A stretch of 64,000 nucleotides of DNA. Source: an uncultured Gemmatimonadaceae bacterium. GTDB lineage: Bacteria; Gemmatimonadota; Gemmatimonadetes; Gemmatimonadales; Gemmatimonadaceae. The stretch lies in contig CAWHHI010000016.1 of the NCBI GenBank assembly GCA_963829055.1, forward strand, positions 512,001-576,000. Reading direction: 5' to 3'. Made by a program: the position numbers and the translations under genes. Below the pieces are notes generated by a model, which worked only from the letters and a program-made list of their open reading frames with translations, was not told where the DNA came from and ran no database searches. Shown one piece after another: positions 34,285-44,740 of the stretch. Position 1 is the stretch's first letter. Each line of letters opens with the position of its first letter.

Positions 34285-35160
34285 ATGCCGTTCGTGTTTC
34301 CGCGCGACGCGCTCTTTCTCATCGCAGGTCCGTGCGTCCTCGAATCCGACGCGTTGAATCTGCGCGTCGGTGAGCATCTCGCGCGCCTCGCAGAGCGCGT
34401 GCCGGGCGGAATCGTGTACAAGGCGAGCTTCGATAAAGCGAACCGCTCGAATGCGGGTGCGGCGCGCGGCCCAGGAATCGAGGAGGGTCTGGCGGCGCTC
34501 GACCGCGTTAGGCGCGCGACGGGATTGCCGATCCTCACGGACGTGCACCTGCCGGAACAGTGCGCGCCCGCGGCGGAAGTCGTCGACGTGCTCCAGATCC
34601 CCGCGTTCCTCTGCCGGCAGACGGACCTCCTGCTCGCGGCGGGTGCGACCGGGAAGCCCGTGAACGTCAAGAAGGGCCAGTGGATGCATCCCGAGGGAAT
34701 GCGGGGCGCGGTAGAGAAGGTTCGCTTCGCGATGGGAACCGGGACCGGGGAACAGGGAAGCGAACAGCACGCGGCAAGCCGCCTCGATTCCCGATTCCCG
34801 ATTCCCGATTCCCGAGTTGCCGTCACTGAACGCGGCAGCTTCTTCGGCTACGGTGACCTCGTCGTCGACATGCGCGGCTTCACGCGCATGCGCGAGGCGT
34901 GCAACGCTCCCGTGATCTTCGACGGGACGCACAGTGTGCAGCGACCCGGGATGGGCGAAGGCGGCGCGAGCGGTGGCGCGCGCGAGTTCATTGCGGCACT
35001 CACGCGAGCGGCGGTGGCTGCCGGCGCGGACGGCTTGTTCCTCGAGACGCATCCCGACCCGGATAACGCGCCGAGTGACGGTCCGAACATGCTGCCGCTC
35101 TCGTCGCTCGACACCGTGGTGAATCGCGCCGTGGAGATCTGGCAGCTGTGTCGCCAATGA
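34285..35160 (+). CDS. kdsA: Kdo-8-phosphate synthase with internal repeat insertion
   Basis: IAGPCVLES, KASFDKANRS, QIPAFLCRQTDLL, DGTHSVQ, ETHPDP. Confidence 0.95.
   Translation: MPFVFPRDALFLIAGPCVLESDALNLRVGEHLARLAERVPGGIVYKASFDKANRSNAGAARGPGIEEGLAALDRVRRATGLPILTDVHLPEQCAPAAEVVDVLQIPAFLCRQTDLLLAAGATGKPVNVKKGQWMHPEGMRGAVEKVRFAMGTGTGEQGSEQHAASRLDSRFPIPDSRVAVTERGSFFGYGDLVVDMRGFTRMREACNAPVIFDGTHSVQRPGMGEGGASGGAREFIAALTRAAVAAGADGLFLETHPDPDNAPSDGPNMLPLSSLDTVVNRAVEIWQLCRQ
34734..34813 (+). repeat. Heptamer inverted-repeat element, copy 2 (in frame within kdsA)
   Basis: GGGAACC GGGACCG GGGAACA GGGAAGC - 24 nt - (GATTCCC)4. Confidence 0.9.
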
Positions 35161-35727
35161 TCGAGAGCGCGCTCGCTCGCGACATTCGCGTCGTGGGTCT
35201 CGACGTCGATGGCGTGCTCACCGACGGCGGCATCTATCTCGGTGACGTGGATGGCGCGCGGCACGAGTTCAAGCGCTACGACATCCAGGACGGACTCGGA
35301 ATCTACTTCCTTCGCTCCGCTGGCTTGATCCCCGTCATCGTCACCGGTCGCGTGTCGATGAGCGTGGAGTTGCGCGCACGAGAGCTCGGCATCGAGCATG
35401 TGGCGCAGGACAGGGACGCGCAGAAGCTCATCGGCTTCCGCCGCATTCTCGACCGCCTCGATCTCGGCTTCGAACACGTCGCTCACATCGGCGACGATTT
35501 TCCGGACCTCGCCGTTCTGCGACGCGTTGCGCTCCCCGTCGCTGTCGCGAACGCAGTGCCGGAGGTGCTTGCAGCATCGCGCGTGCACCTGTCGCGATCG
35601 GGAGGTCGCGGCGCGGTGCGCGAGTTCTCGGAGATGTTGTTGCGCGCTCGCGGAGATTGGGACGAGGTCGTGGACCGCTACGTCGCCGAACGCTCGGCGC
35701 GACGTCGCCGCGGGTGTACGCTCATGA
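35157..35727 (+). CDS. kdsC: Kdo-8-phosphate phosphatase (HAD family); reads through into kdsD as given
   Basis: LDVDGVLTDG, DIQDGLG, IGDDFPD, GGRGAVRE. Confidence 0.85.
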
Positions 35728-36716
35728 CGATACCCGCCGAAGCGGCAAGCACTCGTCAGGCAGCGCTGCTCGAGCGTGGGCGTCGCGTGCTGCGCCTCGA
35801 GCGCGAGGCACTCGCCGAAGTCGAAGGACGTCTCGATGAGCGCTTCGCGCGCGCGGTCGAGCTCATTGCCGCATCGACGGGACGTGTCATAGTTGCTGGC
35901 GTCGGCAAGTCGGGACTCATCGGCCGCAAGATCGCGGCGACGTTCACGTCGACAGGCACGCCGGCGACCTTTCTGCACCCGGTCGACAGCGTTCACGGTG
36001 ACCTCGGCATCGTCGGCGATGATGACGTCGCCATTCTCATCTCCAAGAGTGGCGAGACCGACGAGCTCGTAGGGTTGCTACAGCACCTCAAGCGTTTCGG
36101 CGTGCGTACGATCGCCCTGACTGGCGTCGCCGAATCCACGCTCGCCCGTCATACCGATGTTGCGCTCGACACATGGGTACGAGAGGAAGCGTGCCCGCAC
36201 GATCTCGCGCCAACGACGAGCACCACGGTGGCGCTCGCGATCGGCGACGCACTCGCCGTTGCGTTGCTCGAAGAAAAGGGATTTCGCCGCGAGGATTTCG
36301 CGCGTATCCACCCAGGCGGCTCGCTCGGTCGCCAGCTGCTCACACGCGTTGATGACGTGATGATCACGGAGAAGTTGCCGACGCTTCCACCGGACGCGAC
36401 GATGCGTGAGGCAGTCGTGCTGCTGGCGGAGCGCCGCGGCATCGCGATCGTCGTCGAGGGTGAAGCGCTCGCCGGAGTGCTGACCGCGGGCGATCTCACG
36501 CGTCTCATGGAGCGCGTCGATGACGGTGTCCTGCGCGTTCCCGTGCGCGACGTGATGACCACGTCGGCGAAGACCGCTACGCTCGGGGAACTCGGAAGCG
36601 CGGCGGTGTATCGCATGGAACGTCACGGAATCATGGCCATGCCAGTCGTCGATGAAAATCGTCACGTCCGAGGAGTCATCCACTTGCACGACCTGATGCG
36701 GGCTGGTGTCGTATGA
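35724..36716 (+). CDS. kdsD: Arabinose-5-phosphate isomerase (KpsF/GutQ family)
   Basis: GVGKSGLIGRKIAAT, HGDLG, APTTST, HPGGSLG, C-terminal CBS pair. Confidence 0.93.
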   Translation: MTIPAEAASTRQAALLERGRRVLRLEREALAEVEGRLDERFARAVELIAASTGRVIVAGVGKSGLIGRKIAATFTSTGTPATFLHPVDSVHGDLGIVGDDDVAILISKSGETDELVGLLQHLKRFGVRTIALTGVAESTLARHTDVALDTWVREEACPHDLAPTTSTTVALAIGDALAVALLEEKGFRREDFARIHPGGSLGRQLLTRVDDVMITEKLPTLPPDATMREAVVLLAERRGIAIVVEGEALAGVLTAGDLTRLMERVDDGVLRVPVRDVMTTSAKTATLGELGSAAVYRMERHGIMAMPVVDENRHVRGVIHLHDLMRAGVV

Positions 36717-37267
36717 GGCCTGTCATCGCGCTTGCGTTCGTCGCCGCGGTCGCGGTATCGGTCGGGTGTCAGGAGACCGGCGCGACGCCGCCCGTGGCCG
36801 CTGGCGCCGTTGCAGACACGGCTGATCAGACGCTGTTCGGTGTGCGCCTCACGCTCGCGGACCGGGGGGTTCAGCGCGCGCTGTTACAGGCGGACACGGC
36901 ATTCACGTACGAAGACAACTCGCGAACGGAGCTTCGGACGGTACGGAGCACGTTCTACACGGAGACGGGCCTCAAGAACGGCACGCTCACGTCTCGCGAA
37001 GGCACCTACAATGTTCGCAGCCAGAACATGGAAGCTCGTGGAAATGTCATCGTGATCTCCGATGACGGTCGTCGCCTCGAAACTCCGCAGCTGCGATTCG
37101 ACACTGGCCGCAACGAGATCTCGGGTGATAGTGCGTTCGTTTTGACGCGCCCAGGTGAGATTCTGCAGGGTATCGGCTTCATCGCCGATCCTGCCCTCAC
37201 GCACATCAGAATTCTCAGAGCGGCGCGCGGTCGAACAACGAAAGCCGTCGCCCAACCGAACCGGTGA
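36713..37267 (+). CDS. lptC: LPS export protein LptC-like
   Basis: Position between kdsD and lptA/B; N-terminal hydrophobic anchor with VGC lipobox-like site; GNVIVISDDGRRLETPQL jellyroll pattern. Confidence 0.75.
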   Translation: MRPVIALAFVAAVAVSVGCQETGATPPVAAGAVADTADQTLFGVRLTLADRGVQRALLQADTAFTYEDNSRTELRTVRSTFYTETGLKNGTLTSREGTYNVRSQNMEARGNVIVISDDGRRLETPQLRFDTGRNEISGDSAFVLTRPGEILQGIGFIADPALTHIRILRAARGRTTKAVAQPNR

Positions 37268-38862
37268 TGCGCACCCGTGTCGTCGTGCGCTCGTTATGCG
37301 TCACGCTTCTCGCGATCGCCGCGTGCGGACGGGGCACACGTGCGCCGCGCGGCCCCGCGACGCCCGCCACGCCCGCGGCGGATACAGCGGCAGCGAGGCT
37401 CGCGGCGGCGCGCGCGGATTCCATCAGGCGTGACTCGCTCCGCACGGATTCGCTGCGAGCGGATTCACTGCATCGTGATTCGCTGCTCGCGGTGCTGAAG
37501 GCCGCGCCGCCGGCGCCCGCAGGAGCGCGCGGGCGACCGAAGCAGGAACGACGCTGTGTACTGGATTTTCCGAACACGCCCTCGACGCGCGTTCAGATCA
37601 TCCAGGATCCGGCGACGAAGAGAAACAACACGTTCGTCGGCGGCGGTGTCGTCGCGAAGTGCGTCGGCCAGGACGTGACGCTGTACGCGGACAGCGCCGA
37701 GCTCTATGACACGATCAAGCTGTACTACCTGTTCGGCAACGTACGCTACCGCGAAGCACGCGTGAACCTCGACGCCGATCGCGTCACGTACTTCCTCTCC
37801 GAAGAGCGCATCCTCGCCGAGCAGAACGTGCGCGCCACGATGCCGAGCGGCTCGACGATGGTCGGACAGGAGGCGCAGTATCTGAGACCAGTCGCCCCCA
37901 TTCGACAGGTCGCACAGCTCATCACGAACAAGCGACCCACGTTCACGCTCATACAGAAGGACTCGACCGGCAAAGTTGGCGAGCCCGCGACGCTGCTCGC
38001 CGATCGCGTGACCGTCATCGACGATACCGTCTACTATGCCGGTGGTGACGTCGATATCTCGCGTCCCGATCTGCACGCGACGGCTGACTCCGCGTACATG
38101 AACGAGGGTCGGCAATACGGTCGTCTGCTGCGCCGCCCGCAGATCGAGGGGAAGGGCGAACGCAAATTCACGCTCCGCGGCAAGGCCATCGATCTGTTCT
38201 CGAAAAATCGAACCGTCGAGCGCGTGCTGTCCGTCGATTCGGCCCAGGCGGTGAGCGGCGATCTCGATCTGCGAAGCGACAGCATCGATCTCCGGATGAC
38301 AGACAACAAGCTCTCGAACGCCGTCGCCTGGGGGCCGACCGGAGCCCGGGCCGTGTCACCCGATCGCACCATTACCGCGGACTCGCTCGCGGTGAGCATG
38401 CCGAATCAGCGCGTGAACGAAGTGCACGCGATCCGGAGAGCGTACGCCGAAACGAGCCCCGATACGACGAAGCTGAAGTCCGCCCAACGCGACTGGCTGC
38501 GCGGCGACACCATCGTCGCGGCGTTCGACTCGGCGCTCACTGCGGACACATCGTCGAAGCCTCGCATTCGCGAGCTCTTCGCGAACGGCAACGCGAGCTC
38601 GTTCTACCAGATTCCATCCAACAAGGGACCGACCGCTCCGCCGAGCGTCAATTACGTGCGGGGCAGAACGATCACCGTGAACTTCGTCAGCCAGGAAGTG
38701 CAGTCGGTCATCGTCGAGGAACAGGCGGCAGGAATCTTCGCGGAGCCCGCAGCCGACAGCACGGGAAAGAAACAACCTGCACGCCCTGGAACGCCGGCCA
38801 CGGGAGGCCGACAGCAGCGCCCACCCGCTACTCGCCCACCGTCCGGAGCGCCTCGACCATGA
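37267..38862 (+). CDS. Long LptA/OstA-like periplasmic lipoprotein
   Basis: LLAIAAC lipobox; repeated beta-jellyroll-like strands (LYADSA, FGNVRY, GGDVDI); between lptC and lptB. Confidence 0.65.
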   Translation: MRTRVVVRSLCVTLLAIAACGRGTRAPRGPATPATPAADTAAARLAAARADSIRRDSLRTDSLRADSLHRDSLLAVLKAAPPAPAGARGRPKQERRCVLDFPNTPSTRVQIIQDPATKRNNTFVGGGVVAKCVGQDVTLYADSAELYDTIKLYYLFGNVRYREARVNLDADRVTYFLSEERILAEQNVRATMPSGSTMVGQEAQYLRPVAPIRQVAQLITNKRPTFTLIQKDSTGKVGEPATLLADRVTVIDDTVYYAGGDVDISRPDLHATADSAYMNEGRQYGRLLRRPQIEGKGERKFTLRGKAIDLFSKNRTVERVLSVDSAQAVSGDLDLRSDSIDLRMTDNKLSNAVAWGPTGARAVSPDRTITADSLAVSMPNQRVNEVHAIRRAYAETSPDTTKLKSAQRDWLRGDTIVAAFDSALTADTSSKPRIRELFANGNASSFYQIPSNKGPTAPPSVNYVRGRTITVNFVSQEVQSVIVEEQAAGIFAEPAADSTGKKQPARPGTPATGGRQQRPPATRPPSGAPRP

Positions 38863-40085
38863 CTGAACCGGCGATTCCGGGACGCGTCAAACAACTCATC
38901 GGGCAGCTTGCGGCGCGTGATCGCTCATCGTTGCTGGCGCTGCACGCCATTCTCGTGTCCGCCGACGAGCGCGGTGTGGCCAGCTTTCACGATGTCGCCA
39001 TCCGCTACCGCGAAGACACGCTCGCGGCCATGCGGGCCGAGGGGCGCGACACCGACCGCGAGGCAGGCGTGCTTGGGCTCGACCAGGTACGCGGGAACTT
39101 GTCGGGAACGGTCCTCCCGCGTCTGGCGGGCTTGGGCGTCATCGGGGTAGGCCCCCGCGACCCGAAGAGCGGAGACGGGCTTCCGACGATCGCACTCGCC
39201 CCGGAGTTCTGGGCGGATGTGCGACCGTTTCGGGATCGGATCGTCGAGACTCTGTGGCAGACCGGAGAGCACGTCGCCGTCACACGTCAAACACCGCTTG
39301 CGGTGCAGCCGGCCGCACCGACCGGGAGCGTGTTGGCAGCGGAAGGGCTCGTCAAGATGTACCGGCGGCGTCGCGTCGTGAACGACGTGGCCCTGCGATT
39401 GCAACAGGGGGAAATTGTCGGTCTTCTCGGCCCCAACGGGGCGGGGAAGACAACGACGTTTTACATGATCGTGGGACTGATCCAGCCGCTGGAAGGCCGG
39501 ATCGTTCTGGACGGCGAGGACATCACGAAGATGCCGATGTACCGCCGAGCGCAGAACGGCATCGGCTACCTGTCGCAGGAACCGTCGATCTTCCGCAAGC
39601 TCTCGGTGGAAGACAACATCCTGGCGATTCTCGAGACGTTGCCCGGACTGTCGCGCGAGGAACGCCGTACCCGGCTCGAGTCGTTGCTGAACGAGCTCGG
39701 CATCAAGCACCTTCGGCATTCAAAAGCGTACGCGCTGTCAGGTGGCGAACGCCGGCGGCTCGAGATCACTCGTGCGCTGGTCACGCGGCCCAAGTTCATG
39801 ATGCTCGACGAACCGTTTGCCGGAGTCGACCCCATCGCGGTGCATGACATTCAATCGATCGTCGCGGACCTGCGCCATCGCGGCATTGGCGTGCTCATTT
39901 CCGATCACAATGTCGAGCAGACGCTCGACATCGTCGATCGCGCCTATATCATGTTCGATGGCCAGGTAAAGGTGTCCGGTAGCGTTCGCGAGCTCGTGTT
40001 CGACGACACTGTGGCTGAGATCTACCTGGGCCCCACGCTCACTGCCCGGCTTCGCGCCCGGTTTTCCACCTTGGAACCAGCCTAA
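38859..40085 (+). CDS. lptB: LPS export ABC ATPase LptB with ~155-aa N-terminal extension
   Basis: [51 protein letters not shown]. Confidence 0.92.
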   Translation: MTEPAIPGRVKQLIGQLAARDRSSLLALHAILVSADERGVASFHDVAIRYREDTLAAMRAEGRDTDREAGVLGLDQVRGNLSGTVLPRLAGLGVIGVGPRDPKSGDGLPTIALAPEFWADVRPFRDRIVETLWQTGEHVAVTRQTPLAVQPAAPTGSVLAAEGLVKMYRRRRVVNDVALRLQQGEIVGLLGPNGAGKTTTFYMIVGLIQPLEGRIVLDGEDITKMPMYRRAQNGIGYLSQEPSIFRKLSVEDNILAILETLPGLSREERRTRLESLLNELGIKHLRHSKAYALSGGERRRLEITRALVTRPKFMMLDEPFAGVDPIAVHDIQSIVADLRHRGIGVLISDHNVEQTLDIVDRAYIMFDGQVKVSGSVRELVFDDTVAEIYLGPTLTARLRARFSTLEPA

Positions 40086-40088
40086 CAC

Positions 40089-41552
40089 ATGAAGCCGGGG
40101 CTCAATCAGAGTACGCAGCTTCGCCAGGAGCTCAAGATCAATCCTCGCCTGTACCAGGCGATGGATCTGCTGTACATGCCGCTGCTCGACCTTCAGCAGC
40201 ACCTCAAGCAGGAGCTGCTCAACAACCCGTTCCTCGAGATGGTCGAGCCCGAGGACGAGGAAGAGGAAGAGGGCGCAGAAGCCGAGGAACCACCACAGCA
40301 GGAAGAGCAGAAGACCAACAACGACGAAATCGATTGGGAAGGCATCCTTCTCGACGGCTTCGACGCGGGCGGCCGCCGCGAGGAGCACGAGGAAAAGGAG
40401 TACTACGAGCCGGTCACCGTCGATACGCGGGATCTCGGCGACCACCTCCGCGACCAGATCGCGCTGCTGGACCTGAACCCTCGCCAGATGCTCCTCGCCG
40501 AGGAGTTCATCGGCAACATCAACGAGGACGGCTACCTCGCGTGTCCGGTGGAGGACATCCGGCAGTCGATCAACGATGTGGTGCTCGAAGCGGCCGAAGC
40601 GGCCGAGCGCGACCCCGATGAGATTCCGGTCTACACGGAAGACGAAGTCTATCGCATGCTCGAAGTCGTCCAGGGGCTCGACCCCGCCGGCGTCGGCGCG
40701 CGAGACCTGCGCGAGTGCCTGATGCTCCAGTTGAAGGATGCCGGCCTCGAACAGTCGGTGCCGTATCGACTCGTCCGGGACTGCTTCGATGAGCTGATCA
40801 ACCACCGCTGGAGTGAGATCTCGAAGCGATTCGGCATCAGCCCGTCCGACGTTCAGAAAGCCGCTGACGAGATCGCGAAGCTCGACCCGAAGCCGGGGTT
40901 GATGTACAGCGATGCGAGCGACAACTACATCATTCCCGACCTGGTGGTCGAGAAGATCGACGGCAAGTACCACGTCTTCCTCAACGACGCGAACCTGCCG
41001 CGGCTCAAGCTCAGTCGCGCGTACCAGGAGATCGCCCGCGACAAGAAGAAGTTCGAGGGCGAGAACAAGGAGTTCATCTCCAACAAGCTGAACTCCGCGA
41101 ACTGGATGATTCAGGCCATCGAGCAGCGACGACAGACGATGCTCAAGGTCATGAACTACATCGTCGAGCGGCAGCGCGACTTCTTCGAGAAGGGCGTGCA
41201 GTACCTCAAGCCGCTCACGCTGCGTGAGGTCGCGGAAGTCATCAGCATGCACGAGTCGACGGTCAGTCGCGTCACGAACGAGAAGTTCGTCCAGACACCG
41301 CGCGGCGTGCTGCCACTCAAGTTCTTCTTCTCGTCGGGCCTGTCGACGACTGGCGGAGAGGACGTGTCCGCGCGCGGCATCAAGGACCAGATCCAGAAGC
41401 TCGTCGAAAACGAGGATCCCAAGCATCCGCTCACCGATCAGGCCATCGTGAACATCCTGAAGGAGAGCGGAGTGCAGATCGCGCGGCGCACCGTTGCAAA
41501 GTATCGGGATCAGCTTGGGGTGCTGTCGGCCCGGATGCGCAAGCGAGTCTGA
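40089..41552 (+). CDS. rpoN: RNA polymerase sigma-54 factor
   Basis: DPAGVGARDLRECL, HESTVSR, RpoN box ARRTVAKYR. Confidence 0.97.
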   Translation: MKPGLNQSTQLRQELKINPRLYQAMDLLYMPLLDLQQHLKQELLNNPFLEMVEPEDEEEEEGAEAEEPPQQEEQKTNNDEIDWEGILLDGFDAGGRREEHEEKEYYEPVTVDTRDLGDHLRDQIALLDLNPRQMLLAEEFIGNINEDGYLACPVEDIRQSINDVVLEAAEAAERDPDEIPVYTEDEVYRMLEVVQGLDPAGVGARDLRECLMLQLKDAGLEQSVPYRLVRDCFDELINHRWSEISKRFGISPSDVQKAADEIAKLDPKPGLMYSDASDNYIIPDLVVEKIDGKYHVFLNDANLPRLKLSRAYQEIARDKKKFEGENKEFISNKLNSANWMIQAIEQRRQTMLKVMNYIVERQRDFFEKGVQYLKPLTLREVAEVISMHESTVSRVTNEKFVQTPRGVLPLKFFFSSGLSTTGGEDVSARGIKDQIQKLVENEDPKHPLTDQAIVNILKESGVQIARRTVAKYRDQLGVLSARMRKRV

Positions 41553-41571
41553 GCGACGCGGCACCTGCCAG

Positions 41572-42597
41572 ATGCCAACCTCCGTCACAATGGGAACAGG
41601 GAACAGGGAACAGGGAACACAGGCACGCAGCCCCGGTTCCCGGTTCGCGGTTCCCGGCTCCCCGGCGTTGACGTCTCCGTTCTCGTTCCCGCCAAGGACG
41701 AAGCGGGCAACCTGCCGTTGTTCATGGAGCAGGCCGCTGCGGCGTTCGCCGGCACGGGTGTCCGATTCGAGGTCATCGTCATCGACGACGGCTCGGAAGA
41801 CGACACGTGGCCGGTGCTCCAGCGACTCGTCACGCAATACGACTTTCTTCGAGTCGCGCGGCACCGCGTTAGGCGCGGCATCGCCGACGCGCTGCGCACC
41901 GGATACCTGCGCTCCCGTGGCGAAGTGCTCGTGTTCTACCCCGCCGACCTGCAGTTCAAGCCGGAAGACATTCCGCGACTGGCCGCGCCCATTCTCGCCG
42001 GCGAGTCCGACATGGTGACTGGCTTCAAGCAGGGCGACTACGAGAAGAAGTTCGTATCGCGTATCTACAACGGGTTGAGTCGCGCGCTGTTCCACGTGCC
42101 GGTCAAAGACCTCAACTCCGTGAAGGCCTACCGGCGCGAGATCATGGAAACCTTGCCGGTGCGTCCCGACTGGCATCGCTACATGATCGTGATCGCCGCC
42201 GCGCACGGGTACTCGGTGACCGAGATCCCGGTACCGCTCTACCCACGACACTCCGGGAAAATCAAAGTTCGGGATCGGCCGAATTCCCGTCGGCGTGCTC
42301 GACATGGTGTCCGTCTGGTTCGAATTGCGCTTCGGCCCCAAGCCGTTCCTGCTGTTCGGGATGCTGGGACTCGCGCTGTTCGCAATCGGATTCCTCGGCG
42401 GCGTCATCGCGACGCTTCGCCTTCTATTGCTCCACGAGGGAACGCGCGTCGTGTGGTCCATCGTTCAGACGTGCGTCATCGTGGGAAGCGTGTTCTTCGC
42501 GACGGGGCTCGTCGGCGAACAGATCGCGGTGCAGCGGTCCGAAGTCCGTGAACTCCGCCGTCGGGTGGAGGAGCAGGCTGTTCCACCTAACGACTGA
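41572..42597 (+). CDS. GT2 glycosyltransferase with C-terminal TM helices (start uncertain; frameshifts near 41600-41665 and 42260)
   Basis: VDVSVLVPAKDEAGNL, IDDGSEDDT, ADLQFKPEDIP; TM tail in the 42295-42597 frame. Confidence 0.8.
41592..41662 (+). repeat. Heptamer inverted-repeat element, copy 3
   Basis: (GGGAACA)4 - 15 nt - GGTTCCC GGTTCGC GGTTCCC GGCTCCC. Confidence 0.9.
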
Positions 42598-42599
42598 CC

Positions 42600-43767
42600 A
42601 TGCGCGCGCTCTTTCTCACGCATTCATTCCCCCGCCAGCCCGGGGACGCCGCCGGGCTCGTTCGTGCTCAGGCTCGCGGTCGCGCTGCGCGATCACGGCA
42701 TCGACGTGCACGTTGTTGCGCCGTCCGGGGACGGCCTGCCGGCGACTGACCGCTTCGACGGCATCCCCGTCGAACGGTTTCGCTACGCGCCGCGGAACTA
42801 CGAGAACCTCGCCTACGCCGGCAACATGCACACGCAGGTGCGCGACTCGTGGAGCGCCCGGCTGGCACTGCTCGGCTTCCTCGGATCCGAGTTCGGCAGC
42901 GCAGTCCGCGCGCGCCGTGCCTTCGAGCCCGACATCGTCCACGCGCACTGGTGGTTTCCGGGTGGCCTCGTCGGCACCTGGCTCAAAGGACTCTCGAGCG
43001 TCCCGCTCGTGACGACCCTGCACGGCACTGACGTTAGGCTCGCCCGCGCGACCGCCATGGCGCGGCCACTGTTCCGCCACGTGCTCCAGCAGTCGAGCGC
43101 CGTCACGACGGTCTCGCGCTGGCTCGCGCGCGAGACCGAAACGCTCATCTCCGGCGTGCGCGCGACGGTCGCCCCGATGCCCGTGGCGACGGAGCTGTTC
43201 TCACCCGGCGGCGAGCGCGCCGCCGACCGGCTGCTATTTGTCGGCCGCCTAACGGCGCAGAAAGGCATCGGGCCGCTCATCGAAGCGCTCGCGCGTATGC
43301 GTCACACGGTGTCGCTCGACGTCGTCGGCGACGGTCCGCTGGCGACCGAGCTTGCCGAGCGTGTTCGCGCACTCGGATTGGGCGATCGCGTGCGATGGCT
43401 CGGCCAGTTACCGCAGCCAGCGCTGGTCGATCTCTATCGCCGCGCCACAGCGCTCGTCGTTCCATCCACCGACGAGGGACTCGGCCTCGTGGCAGTCGAG
43501 GCGCAGCTCTGCGAGACGCCCGTCGTTGCGTACGAATCGGGCGGCCTGACTGATACCGTTCAACACGATCGCACCGGGCTCCTCGTGCCGCCTGGCGACG
43601 TCGGCGCGCTCGCGGCGGCGCTCGACGCGCTGCTCGACCGGCCGGACCGCGGGGCCGACCTCGGACGAGCAGGCCGCATGGTGGCGCTCGCCGGATTCGC
43701 ACCCGAGTCAGCGGCGCGCCGCTACGCCGGTATCTATCGCTCGGTCGTTGGCACGCCCGAGAGGTAG
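42600..43767 (+). CDS. GT4 family glycosyltransferase (frameshift near 42655)
   Basis: MRALFLTHSFPR from ATG 42600, then HAHWW, FVGRLTAQKG, EGLGLVAVEA (ExxxxxxxE). Confidence 0.85.
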
Positions 43768-44740
43768 GATCACGCTCCTCGCACAGTGGCTCATCGCCGC
43801 TGTTGTCATCGGCTTCGCGGGTCGCGAGCTCGCGCACCAATGGAAAGACGTCGCGCCAGCGCTGAAAGGTCTGCGCGCCGATTGGGGGCGCGTGCTCGGG
43901 TCGGGTGCGATCGTACTCTCCACGTATCTCATTCTCGTCGAGGCGTGGCGTGCAACACTGCGGGTCTGGTCCGAGTCGCTGCCATTCGGGACCGCCGCAC
44001 GTATCTGGTTTGTCTCCAACCTCGGCAAGTACGTGCCGGGCAAGGTCTGGCAGATTGCCGCCATGGGAGCGATGGCCCAGAAGGCCGGCGTGTCGGCGGC
44101 GGCCGCGGTTGGCTCCAGCCTCATCGTCAATCTCGTCAGCATCGTCGCGGGATTCGCTGTCATCGCGGTGACGGCGGCAGGCAAGGTCGGCCCAGCGGTT
44201 GGCGTTGGAGCGTCGAGCGACGGTGGCCGGTCCGCCGAGCTCGCCGTCATCGCCATTGCCATCGCCGGCGGTGCTGCATTGCTCCTGGCACCGGTCGCGG
44301 TCCCTCGGCTCGCGACGCTCGCTGGTCGGGTGACCGGCCGCTCGATCCCCATCCCGCGCGTTCCGCCCCGCGCCATCTGGGTAGCGGCTGCATCGACCAC
44401 CGCGAGCTGGCTACTCTACGGCATCGCCTTCGCGCTGTTCGCGCATGGCGTGTCGCCGCGCGCGACTGGCAATGCATCCTCGTACATCGCAGTTTACACC
44501 GGCTCTTACCTGGCCGGATATCTTGCGCTGTTCGCGCCTGGCGGCGTGGGCGTTCGCGAGGCGATCCTCGTCCTTGCCATGCCACGATTCGGGCTGGCGT
44601 CGGCTCCGGATGCCGCCGTCATTGCGATCACCAGCCGACTCTGGCTCACGATACTCGAGATTTTGCCCGGACTGCTACTGCTGCAACGCCGTCGCGCCGC
44701 GCAACCCGCTCGGGCGGAACACTCCGACGACGTTGAATGA
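43748..44740 (+). CDS. Flippase-like membrane protein (UPF0104/LPG-synthase TM family)
   Basis: SNLGKYVPGKVW, APGGVGVRE motifs; multiple TM helices. Confidence 0.75.
   Translation: MARPRGRITLLAQWLIAAVVIGFAGRELAHQWKDVAPALKGLRADWGRVLGSGAIVLSTYLILVEAWRATLRVWSESLPFGTAARIWFVSNLGKYVPGKVWQIAAMGAMAQKAGVSAAAAVGSSLIVNLVSIVAGFAVIAVTAAGKVGPAVGVGASSDGGRSAELAVIAIAIAGGAALLLAPVAVPRLATLAGRVTGRSIPIPRVPPRAIWVAAASTTASWLLYGIAFALFAHGVSPRATGNASSYIAVYTGSYLAGYLALFAPGGVGVREAILVLAMPRFGLASAPDAAVIAITSRLWLTILEILPGLLLLQRRRAAQPARAEHSDDVE

Noticed and set aside
39738..42461. Long antisense ORFs (907 aa here; also 116-1912, 5525-6970, 32706-34061, 58991-60256)
   Set aside because: Shadow ORFs opposite well-conserved genes, expected at high GC; no recognisable motifs.
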